Source of the DNA: a virus
Taxonomy: Duplodnaviria > Heunggongvirae > Uroviricota > Caudoviricetes
Strand: one strand, 5' to 3'
IMG/VR virus record: IMGVR_UViG_3300018080_000113
Location: 128,097-140,323 of that record
Length of the DNA: 12,227 nt
The notes under the pieces: model-generated
What the model was told of the DNA's origin: nothing
What the model saw: only the letters and a program-made list of their open reading frames with translations
Database searches by the model: none
Program-made: the position numbers and the translations under genes
In this document: one piece after another, positions 1 to 7,130 of the stretch
Layout of the letters: each line of letters begins with the position of its first letter
How positions within the stretch are numbered: position 1 is the first letter of the stretch

Positions 1-2
1 TG

Positions 3-566
3 CATGGCTATGTTGTTAACAAAATTTTGCAATTTATTCGAGAAGGAATTGATGCCGAACCATTAATCAATTTCCTTAACAAAATTATGAACAATCCTTC
101 TAAACATTGTATTGATCAGTTGTTTTCATTTCTAGAGCATAAGAATATGCCAATCGATCCAGATGGTGATTTCTACGCATACAAAGCAATTAAAAATGAC
201 TGGAGAGATAAACATACTGGAACAATTGATAATAGTATTGGCACTGTAGTTAAAGTTACTCGCAATACAGTTGATGACAATCATGACGTAGGATGTTCTA
301 AAGGACTACATGCTGGATCTATGTCATATGTAACTAGTTTTCGTAGTCCTGGTGATCGTATTGTTATTGTAAAAATTAATCCTGGTGATGTTGTTACAGT
401 TCCTAGGGAAGACATGTCTAAGCTTCGTTGTTGTAGGTATGAGGTAGTAGCTGAATTTGAGAGTCTTCTTCCTGATACTACATATGATTATGATGAGGAC
501 GAAGAAGATGATAATGACTATTGGGACGAAGAAGGTGATGATAATATTTTCTCTGTGACGGTATAA
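3..566 (+). CDS. rIIB: rIIB-like protein (T4 rIIB family), 5'-truncated by the window edge
   Basis: Frame is open from position 3 (HGYVVNKILQFIREG). Recognisable rIIB segments PLINFLNKIMNNPS..QLFSFLEH..PIDPDGDFYAYK and CSKGLHAG..VKINPGDVVTVP..KLRCCRYEV; acidic tail. Confidence 0.85.
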   Translation, partial: HGYVVNKILQFIREGIDAEPLINFLNKIMNNPSKHCIDQLFSFLEHKNMPIDPDGDFYAYKAIKNDWRDKHTGTIDNSIGTVVKVTRNTVDDNHDVGCSKGLHAGSMSYVTSFRSPGDRIVIVKINPGDVVTVPREDMSKLRCCRYEVVAEFESLLPDTTYDYDEDEEDDNDYWDEEGDDNIFSVTV

Positions 567-567
567 A

Positions 568-1653
568 ATGGACTTACCAATCCTATATAGAAAAGACAAG
601 AAGGATGCTATTAGAATTTGGCAGTGTTGGACCAAAGACAATATTATTTATACATCTCATGGCCAACAAGATGGTCAGATGCAGGTTGCCCAAAAGGTTA
701 CAGAGGGTAAGAATATTGGTCGGAAGAACGAAACAACACCAGAACAACAAGCAGATTTCGATGCCAAGTCTATGTGGAAGAAACAGTTAGACAAAGGTTA
801 TGTTGAAGATATTAATAAGGTAGATGAAATTATTTATCTGCCTATGTTGGCACAAGACTTCCAGAAGCGTAAGGGAAAAGTAAAGTATCCAGTTGATATT
901 CAACCTAAGCTAGATGGCGTTAGATGTTTAGCGATGTGGGACGGAGATAGAATTGCTCTTGTTTCTCGCAAGGGTAAAGAATATGCAGTTGGACATATTG
1001 CACAAGAACTAGAGTCTGTTATTCAACCAAACATGATTTTAGATGGAGAAATCTATCTTCATGGTGCTACTTTCCAAGAAGCTGTAAGGCTTATAAAGAA
1101 ACACCGTCCAGGTGAATCTGAAAAATTAGAGTACTGGATCTACGATGTTCTTATGATTGGAGAAGAAGCAACGGAATGGGTTGAGCGACATAAGATACTT
1201 CTGGAAGTCATGGTCGCCAATACGAAAAGCATTAAGCGTACTGAAACTTACACTGCACATACTGAAGCAGAAATACTTGGTTTTCAAAAGCTTTGGGTTG
1301 AACAAGGGTTCGAAGGAGCAATTGTTAGAGAAAAACATGCCTTCTACGAAGTTAACAAACGATCTAATCATCTATTGAAGGTTAAAGACTTTAAGGATGC
1401 TGAGTATAAAATTACTGGTTTTACTGAAGGAGTAGGAAAGTTTGTTGGTTGTATCATATGGATATGTGTAACAGAAGAAGATAAACCATTTAAAGTTGTT
1501 CCCAAAGGAACACTAGTACAGAAGAAGAAATGGTTTAAAGAAGCAGATAAGTATATTGGTTCTTGGCTAAAGGTTAAGTTCTTTGAGTTATCAGAAGACA
1601 ATGTACCAAGATTTCCTGTTGGATTGGGCGTTCGTCTTCCTGAGGATATGTAA
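568..1653 (+). CDS. lig: ATP-dependent DNA ligase (phage type)
   Basis: Motif I QPKLDGVR (adenylated Lys), motif III ILDGEIY, motif IV GFEGAIVR, motif V KRSNHLLKVKDF, C-terminal OB-fold ending VPRFPV. Confidence 0.95.
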   Translation: MDLPILYRKDKKDAIRIWQCWTKDNIIYTSHGQQDGQMQVAQKVTEGKNIGRKNETTPEQQADFDAKSMWKKQLDKGYVEDINKVDEIIYLPMLAQDFQKRKGKVKYPVDIQPKLDGVRCLAMWDGDRIALVSRKGKEYAVGHIAQELESVIQPNMILDGEIYLHGATFQEAVRLIKKHRPGESEKLEYWIYDVLMIGEEATEWVERHKILLEVMVANTKSIKRTETYTAHTEAEILGFQKLWVEQGFEGAIVREKHAFYEVNKRSNHLLKVKDFKDAEYKITGFTEGVGKFVGCIIWICVTEEDKPFKVVPKGTLVQKKKWFKEADKYIGSWLKVKFFELSEDNVPRFPVGLGVRLPEDM

Positions 1654-1654
1654 A

Positions 1655-2065
1655 ATGAAAAAGAAAAATTACAAAATTCCATTTACATTAGTACCTGCAT
1701 GTCACAACCATCCAGAACGATGGGAGATGGAAGAAGACCCATGGTACAACGAATATGACACAACAACTATTAGACATTATGCAGGAGCAAACACAACTTT
1801 TGATGTTGAATGGAGAGATATTTATGAGTTTGAAACAACAATGGAAATTGTTACGTGGTATCAAAGAAGAAGTAAAGTAAGAGTTGTTCTTAAAGGAGAA
1901 GATCACACGTTGTATTCAACAACATTTAATAGTTTTATGGAAATTATTGAAGCAGGAATTGAAATTAAAGATAATACAATCAGTAAAATGAAATGGACAT
2001 TTGGTAAAAAAGGTCAGTATTATATGGCATTGCCAGTAATAGAGAAGGAGAATAAGAATGGGTAA
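1655..2065 (+). CDS. hypothetical protein
   Basis: ATG at 1655 one base after the ligase stop, GAGG upstream; the longer ORF call from 1583 overlaps the ligase. Confidence 0.75.
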   Translation: MKKKNYKIPFTLVPACHNHPERWEMEEDPWYNEYDTTTIRHYAGANTTFDVEWRDIYEFETTMEIVTWYQRRSKVRVVLKGEDHTLYSTTFNSFMEIIEAGIEIKDNTISKMKWTFGKKGQYYMALPVIEKENKNG

Positions 2066-2813
2066 ACTTCATGAGGTTTTAGCAGTAGAAAAGATGGTGC
2101 AAGAAAATGCACATAAAATTTGGAATGAAGCAATCACTACCTTTACTAAAAAGGCAGAACATTTTAGGGGTTATCATAAAACTCTTAAAATGATTGACGA
2201 AGAGAGACAAGAAGAAGCTCATGGAGTTGAAGAGCATCGAGAGATTGTCACTACTGTTGCCGACAAGCTTAAGTATCTTCGTAGTGCTACTGTAAAGTAC
2301 TTTGATACTTTAGGCCAAAAAGAAACTACCAATCAGATAGCCAAGGCGGATCTTGTAGTTGGAGAAGAAGTTCTTCTTAAGGATGCACCTGCAACTCTGC
2401 TACTAGGTCTTGAGAGCCGTTTGAAGCACCTTAGAGGCGTTATGGTAACAGTTCCTACTCTTGACCCAGGTATTGAGTGGAACAAAGATGAGAGCCAAAG
2501 AGAAGGCATCTATAAGACTGGACGTCCTGAAGCCACTCAGAAACAAGAGAAAGTAATTCGTACTCAAATTGTAGTTGCGCCTACAGAGCAACATCCTGCA
2601 CAGTATGAAAAGTGGACTGAGAACAAAGTTGTTGGCAACTATTTCACTACCAGGTGGAGTGGGTGTGTCACGCCTGCTCAAAAGAGCGAATGGCTTAGTA
2701 GAATTGATGTATTGATTCGTGCTACAGTCAAGGCTCGTCAACGTGCAAATGAAGCCAAGGTCGTAAAAGTAGACGTTGGCTCTAAGCTCTTCGATTTTGT
2801 GTTCGGAGAGTAA
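2058..2813 (+). CDS. conserved protein of unknown function (resembles the DUF7873-type family)
   Basis: 251 aa, AAGGAG upstream. Pattern MGKLHEVLAVEK..KETTNQIAKADLVV..VPATLLLxLE-like segment..PTLDP..W..HPAQ..VVGNYFTTRWSG..AxxxAN..G.KLFDFVFG matches my recollection of this family; not verified by search. Confidence 0.65.
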   Translation: MGKLHEVLAVEKMVQENAHKIWNEAITTFTKKAEHFRGYHKTLKMIDEERQEEAHGVEEHREIVTTVADKLKYLRSATVKYFDTLGQKETTNQIAKADLVVGEEVLLKDAPATLLLGLESRLKHLRGVMVTVPTLDPGIEWNKDESQREGIYKTGRPEATQKQEKVIRTQIVVAPTEQHPAQYEKWTENKVVGNYFTTRWSGCVTPAQKSEWLSRIDVLIRATVKARQRANEAKVVKVDVGSKLFDFVFGE

Positions 2814-2816
2814 TAA

Positions 2817-2909
2817 GTTTTGGGCTAGTATATTGTTGGTGTCAGACTCAAGCAAGAACGAGCAAACTTGCATTAGTTTCAGAGTATTGCCCAACAGTTT
2901 TAGCCAAAA
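2817..2909 (+). ncRNA. candidate structured RNA domain immediately 3' of the 251-aa gene
   Basis: TTTTGGGCTAG..ATTGTTGG (2817-2839) pairs with CCAACAGT..TTAGCCAAAA (2891-2909); inner helices ACTC/GAGT (2846-49/2882-85) and GCAAG/CTTGC (2852-56/2867-71). Confidence 0.5.
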
Positions 2910-2911
2910 GA

Positions 2912-3086
2912 AGGTTCGATTTAGATGATAGGATTTAGGTTCTGTGTTAGGCAGGGCCACCTTTCGGAGGTCGCTGGTTCAAATCCAGCCGAATGCACCA
3001 TGCCAGTAAATACATGCATTTGTAGCTCAGGGGTCAGAGTACCGAAAGTATTTGTCAGTAAAAAACCTATTCAATCAAAAGAACCT
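2912..3086 (+). ncRNA. circularly permuted tRNA-like RNA (Y RNA YrlA-like architecture)
   Basis: 3' half first: CTTTCGG AGGTC GCTGG TTCAAAT CCAGC CGAATGC A CCA (2961-3000); 15-nt linker; then 5' half GCATTTG TA GCTC AGGGGTCA GAGT A CCGAAAG (3016-3048). Acceptor 7/7 pairs, D stem, T arm and 7-bp CCGAAAG/CTTTCGG stem all form; irregular stem continues to AGGTTC/GAACCT (2912-17/3081-86). Confidence 0.85.
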
Positions 3087-3096
3087 GTACTGGCAC

Positions 3097-3160
3097 TGTG
3101 GGCCTAGGTGATTATATTACAAGGTGATGTAACTATATTTAATGATCCTAGTAACCCACA
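3097..3160 (+). ncRNA. long hairpin between the permuted element and tRNA-Val
   Basis: TGTGGG/CCCACA (3097-3102/3155-60), CTAGG/CCTAG (3104-08/3147-51), GATAT/ATATT, TTACA/TGTAA (3117-21/3128-32). Confidence 0.45.
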
Positions 3161-3163
3161 TTT

Positions 3164-3237
3164 GGACGCTTAGCTCAGCTGGTAGTAGCGCCGCCTTTAC
3201 ATGGCGGAGGTCGTGGGTTCAAGTCCCACAGTGTTCA
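3164..3237 (+). tRNA. trnV: tRNA-Val(TAC)
   Basis: Acceptor GGACGCT/AGTGTTC, anticodon arm CCGCC-TTTACAT-GGCGG, T arm GTGGG-TTCAAGT-CCCAC; extra T in D arm; no CCA (CAA). Confidence 0.9.
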
Positions 3238-3238
3238 C

Positions 3239-3375
3239 AAAAACTTCTAGTGGCAAACAAACAAATACTCTAAACTGATTCTGCATTCAGGTCTAGATGA
3301 GTAGAGGTGTGCTTTATGTGTGTAGTGATTGCAGTCATACCTACGGACAAACACAATGACAAACTGGAAGTTTTT
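3239..3375 (+). ncRNA. candidate ~137-nt structured RNA between tRNA-Val and tRNA-Glu
   Basis: 13-bp closing stem AAAAACTTCTAGT/ACTGGAAGTTTTT; internal hairpins TACTC..CTGA/TCAG..GAGTA (3266-3303) and AGGTGTG/CATACCT (3305-3342). Confidence 0.55.
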
Positions 3376-3401
3376 AGGAGTGGAAGCGCACCGCTCCGTC
3401 T

Positions 3402-3473
3402 GGCCCCATCATCTAATGGTTAGGATACTAGATTTTCGATCTAGTTATGGGAGTTCGAATCTCCCTGGGGTCA
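3402..3473 (+). tRNA. trnE: tRNA-Glu(TTC)
   Basis: Acceptor GGCCCCA/TGGGGTC, anticodon arm CTAGA-TTTTCGA-TCTAG, T arm GGGAG-TTCGAAT-CTCCC; no CCA (TCA). Confidence 0.92.
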
Positions 3474-3530
3474 TCAAAAAACATATTAGGAAACAAAAAT
3501 GGGGAAAAATTTTTGTGAGGAATATTGAAA

Positions 3531-3776
3531 ATGGAAATAAAAATGAAACTTGATAAAAAAATTTCGATTCCTTTCTGGGCTGTCCCTTCTGCTAGAGATA
3601 TTATCAACACCGAAATAGATTCTTTCTTGTCTAATTATAAAACTACTCGCCAAGCTCAATTCACTGAAGAAAATGCTATTGTTTATACTACATTTATTAT
3701 TTCTATTTCAGGTAGCGATGGAGCTGAAATTAAAGAACTTATGAATACAATAGAAAGGAAATTGGCAGAGATATGA
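3531..3776 (+). CDS. hypothetical protein
   Basis: ORF with GAGG upstream; start could be 3525, 3531 or 3543; stop overlaps next start (ATGA). Confidence 0.65.
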   Translation: MEIKMKLDKKISIPFWAVPSARDIINTEIDSFLSNYKTTRQAQFTEENAIVYTTFIISISGSDGAEIKELMNTIERKLAEI

Positions 3777-4288
3777 AGAAAGAAATTCTTTATGCAAATA
3801 AATGGATAAATGTAATTAAGTTAGATGATTGGTATGTTTGTACTGATGAAGTACGTACAAAGAACAATGATTTTGTTTGTGTTTTGCCTTACACTATAAC
3901 AAACAGTGGCATAAAGAAATATCTTCTTAGAATGGAACATAATCCTGCGCATCAAGAAAAAGGAAATGTTTTGTCAGTTATTACAGGTCAGTGTGAAACT
4001 GGTGTTGTTCTTTATCATGCAGAACAAGAACTAAAAGAAGAAGGTGGATATACTATAGAGTCTTCAAGATTTATTAGTTTGGGAACATGTATGCCTTTGA
4101 AGTCTTCTATGGCAAAAATGAATATGTTTGCTGTCCAGATTTTTAGTAATGATATTCCTCATGAAGCAAAAGGAGATGGAACTATTGGTGAAAACAATAG
4201 CTATCCTATTTGGACAGATAGAACTAATGTACTTGAATGTAAAGATCCATATGCACAAAGTGCTCTTCTTAGACTAGAAGCAATTTAA
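3773..4288 (+). CDS. Nudix-family hydrolase (degenerate Nudix box)
   Basis: GQCETGVVLYHAEQELKEEGGY resembles GX5EX7REUXEEXGU; N-terminal ILYANKWINV and VCVLPY segments typical of ADP-ribose pyrophosphatase-like Nudix proteins. Confidence 0.7.
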   Translation: MKKEILYANKWINVIKLDDWYVCTDEVRTKNNDFVCVLPYTITNSGIKKYLLRMEHNPAHQEKGNVLSVITGQCETGVVLYHAEQELKEEGGYTIESSRFISLGTCMPLKSSMAKMNMFAVQIFSNDIPHEAKGDGTIGENNSYPIWTDRTNVLECKDPYAQSALLRLEAI

Positions 4289-4292
4289 TACC

Positions 4293-4376
4293 GGAGGGTT
4301 GCGAGAGTGGTAATCGGCTGGATTGCTAATCCAAGACCTCGGAAACGGGACGGGAGTTCAAGTCTCCCACCCTCCT
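4293..4376 (+). tRNA. trnS: tRNA-Ser(GCT)
   Basis: Acceptor GGAGGGT/ACCCTCC, loop TTGCTAA, long variable arm, T arm GGGAG-TTCAAGT-CTCCC; discriminator T; no CCA (CTA). Confidence 0.9.
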
Positions 4377-4398
4377 CTAAACAACAAGGAGTTAATAC

Positions 4399-5769
4399 AT
4401 GGCAGTGCTTGATGTTTTACTACCAAAACAAATTGAAGAACTTGATAGAGAAATTCAAGAAGTTGGTGGCACTGCCTACATAGTAGGTGGTGCTGTTCTT
4501 GATCTTATTAGCCGCAAAGAAGTAAAGGACTGGGATATTGAAGTTGCAGGTCTTAGTTATGAGCAACTACTTAAGGTATCAGGAGAAGAAGCAGACCTAA
4601 TAGGTGCTAAGTTTGGTGTTGTTAAGGTTAATAGAGATGGTCTTGATATTGAATTGGCGACACCAAGAGTTGAGAATAGCACTGGGCCAAAACATATAGA
4701 CTTTGATATTAAACTTGCTCCTACTCTATCTATTGAGGAAGCAGCAGTAAGAAGAGATTTTACAATGAATGCTGTTTACTTTGAGATAGGCAACAGGAAG
4801 GTTCATGATCCATATGGTGGATTGAAGGACTATCGTAGAGGTATTGTGTCTCATATTAGTGATGATACATTTATTGAAGACCCATTGCGTGTCTTTAGAG
4901 CAATGCAATTTGTTGCTCGGAAATGTAAAAGAGTAGCTAAAGAAACTACAGGTTTGTGTTCTACAATGAAAGATATGTGCAAAGAACTTACAGGAGACAG
5001 TATCTATGGTGAGTTTGTTAAGATGCTGATGCTATCTGACAGGCCCGACAGAGGACTAAGATTTCTTGAAGAGAGTGGGATCATTAATATGTTTCCAGAG
5101 CTTAGCGCACTGATAGATTGTCCACAGAAAGAGAAGTGGCATCCAGAAGGAGATGCCTGGACTCATACTCAAATGGTTGTACGAGAAGCAGCTCAATATA
5201 GAGATGAACTTCCTGAAGAATGGAAGCTTCCCTTTATGTTCGGAATGCTTCTACATGATGTTGGTAAGCCAATAACACTAGACCCAAAGAAACTTACTAC
5301 TTATAGCCATGACTATAAAGGCATGCCAATTGCTAGAACTTTCATGGAGCGGCTCACCAAGAATGAAAAACTCATTAAAAGAGTTGAACGAATTGTTGGT
5401 ACTCACATGAGAGCAAAGACGTACCTAAAGTCCAAGGCTAAAGCTTCTGCATGGAGAAAACTACACAACCAATGTCCTTTGCATGTATTGGCATATGTTT
5501 CTGTTTGTGACCTGGATGGGAGAGGAATTGATCCTTCTGCTCGTGAAGGCAAAAAAGCTACTGTCTTTAAAGAGTGTATGCGTATGCACAATGCAATTGG
5601 ATCTTATCCTGATGATATTCCTCCTGTGTTGTTGGGCAGACATCTAATTGAAGCAGGACATAAACCTGGTATTGAGTTTGGCACGTTGCTAAACAAAGCA
5701 TATGAAATTCAACTTGAAACTGGCTATACAAACCCACAAGAACTACTTAAGGTTGTTACAAATGGCTGA
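4399..5769 (+). CDS. cca: class II CCA tRNA nucleotidyltransferase with HD domain
   Basis: Motif A VGGAVLD..DWD, RVE loop motif, RRDFTMNA, EDPLRVFRAMQF, HD-domain HPEGDAWTHT..LLHDVGKP; AAGGAG RBS. Confidence 0.93.
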   Translation: MAVLDVLLPKQIEELDREIQEVGGTAYIVGGAVLDLISRKEVKDWDIEVAGLSYEQLLKVSGEEADLIGAKFGVVKVNRDGLDIELATPRVENSTGPKHIDFDIKLAPTLSIEEAAVRRDFTMNAVYFEIGNRKVHDPYGGLKDYRRGIVSHISDDTFIEDPLRVFRAMQFVARKCKRVAKETTGLCSTMKDMCKELTGDSIYGEFVKMLMLSDRPDRGLRFLEESGIINMFPELSALIDCPQKEKWHPEGDAWTHTQMVVREAAQYRDELPEEWKLPFMFGMLLHDVGKPITLDPKKLTTYSHDYKGMPIARTFMERLTKNEKLIKRVERIVGTHMRAKTYLKSKAKASAWRKLHNQCPLHVLAYVSVCDLDGRGIDPSAREGKKATVFKECMRMHNAIGSYPDDIPPVLLGRHLIEAGHKPGIEFGTLLNKAYEIQLETGYTNPQELLKVVTNG

Positions 5770-5998
5770 AGTATATAGAGGACTAGAAGTTGGTATAGTT
5801 AGACTAAAATGTGATCGTTGCAATAAAGGATATTATAATTTAATAAAATTTCCTCAAAATACAACAAGACATATTTGTTCTTTCTGTAGAGAAGAAATAG
5901 AATGTGCTATACCTTATCCAAGATTAGAAATGAAAGAACCAAGTCCAACATTTTTTGAAGATGAGCCTCTTTGGTGGAAATATATAGAAGAAAACTAA
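5762..5998 (+). CDS. small zinc-ribbon protein
   Basis: ATG 5762 overlapping cca stop; CDRC...CSFC pairs. Confidence 0.65.
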   Translation: MAEVYRGLEVGIVRLKCDRCNKGYYNLIKFPQNTTRHICSFCREEIECAIPYPRLEMKEPSPTFFEDEPLWWKYIEEN

Positions 5999-6273
5999 TG
6001 AAAATCAAACCAAAAAATTTTATCTTAGCTCTTAAAGACCAAGGACCTCTGTCAAGATTCATTAAGAATCTTTGGAGGGGACATGTCCTAGGTCTTTTTC
6101 ATAAACGTTCTCATTTTAATGCCAAAGGCAAACCTAAAGTAGCCTACAATACAAAGCAAACTGCAATCAAATCAGCAGCTGCAATGCAAAGAAAGAATGG
6201 CGGATATTATTCTAACTATAAATGTATATTCTGTGATGGATATCATCTAGGCAGGAATAGAGATGGCAAATGA
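5998..6273 (+). CDS. basic hypothetical protein with C-terminal YKCIFCDGYHLG motif
   Basis: TAATG overlap with the previous gene; CxxC..H putative Zn site. Confidence 0.7.
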   Translation: MKIKPKNFILALKDQGPLSRFIKNLWRGHVLGLFHKRSHFNAKGKPKVAYNTKQTAIKSAAAMQRKNGGYYSNYKCIFCDGYHLGRNRDGK

Positions 6274-6500
6274 CTGAACAATACTACCAACAGTGTCTAC
6301 TCTATAGAGACAACAGGTATATGCTTTCTTGGATTCCAACTCAGTTTATTAAGAAGCATAATATTCTTAAGCTACTAAACAATGGAGAGTGGGAAAACAA
6401 TTGGATGATTATAACTTACTTTGGTACTAAAATTACAGAAGATAAACTTAACTTGGTTGAAGACCAATGTTTTAACACAAGGGAAACAAGTGACATATAA
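6270..6500 (+). CDS. hypothetical protein
   Basis: ATGA overlap with the previous stop; 76 aa. Confidence 0.6.
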   Translation: MTEQYYQQCLLYRDNRYMLSWIPTQFIKKHNILKLLNNGEWENNWMIITYFGTKITEDKLNLVEDQCFNTRETSDI

Positions 6501-6864
6501 AGACAAGTTCCTTAGTTTTGATGGCACCAATCAACACTTTTGTTCAGAAACATTTAATGATGAAGAACTAGAAACCTTTGGAGACGAGGAAAAAGTGACA
6601 AGTACATTTGAAAAAGAACTTGAAGATATTATGTGCTCGGTAGAGAAATCTCTTTCTGATATTCTTCTAAGCGAAGATAGAACATCTAAACATGATCCGT
6701 ACACATGGATTAATGAAGATGAAGATGAACATCTTCGTAAAGCAGCTAGACATATCACAACATATCAAATTATTCGTGATGGCCATCAAGAACCTGACGG
6801 AGAAGATCATTTAAACAATGCTATCACTCGTCTTGCGATGGCGATTGCCAAGCAAAAGATTTAA
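6490..6864 (+). CDS. protein with possible dATP/dGTP diphosphohydrolase (DUF5664-like) C-terminal domain
   Basis: Probable GTG start at 6490. KHDPYTW..EHLRKAARH..EPDGEDHLNNAITRLAMAI resembles KYxxxNW..ALRH..DxESGxxHLAHAAxxxxxL of that family (by eye). Confidence 0.45.
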   Translation: MTYKDKFLSFDGTNQHFCSETFNDEELETFGDEEKVTSTFEKELEDIMCSVEKSLSDILLSEDRTSKHDPYTWINEDEDEHLRKAARHITTYQIIRDGHQEPDGEDHLNNAITRLAMAIAKQKI

Positions 6865-6875
6865 GAAACAATAAG

Positions 6876-7082
6876 ATGGAAGACTTTAAAACTATAGCTG
6901 TAATTATTTATATAATCGCGGTAGTTGTTTTTGTAATGACTGTAGGTGTTACGGAAATGATAAAAAAGGATATGGCTAAAGAGATATGCGATCCTTATGT
7001 AGTAGAAACTTACAACAAGAACGTTGTTGTTTGTAAAAGCACAGAAGGTCATATCATTAAAGAAATAGAAAAGGAAAAATAA
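6876..7082 (+). CDS. small membrane-anchored hypothetical protein
   Basis: N-terminal hydrophobic helix IAVIIYIIAVVVFVMTVGV. Confidence 0.65.
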   Translation: MEDFKTIAVIIYIIAVVVFVMTVGVTEMIKKDMAKEICDPYVVETYNKNVVVCKSTEGHIIKEIEKEK

Positions 7083-7091
7083 TCTTATAGT

Positions 7092-7119
7092 TTGACTTCG
7101 GTTTAGTTTATGTTATTAT
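7092..7119 (+). promoter_or_regulatory. sigma70-like promoter with extended -10
   Basis: TTGACT (7092-97), 16-nt spacer, TG-n-TATTAT (7111-19), in the spacer before the ncRNA/tRNA block. Confidence 0.55.
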
Positions 7120-7130
7120 AGTAAACATGA

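Noticed and set aside
2912-3107. Canonical two-piece tmRNA
   Set aside because: No G3:U70 alanine identity, a full D stem is present, and no recognisable pk1 or resume motif; kept only as a low-interest hypothesis.
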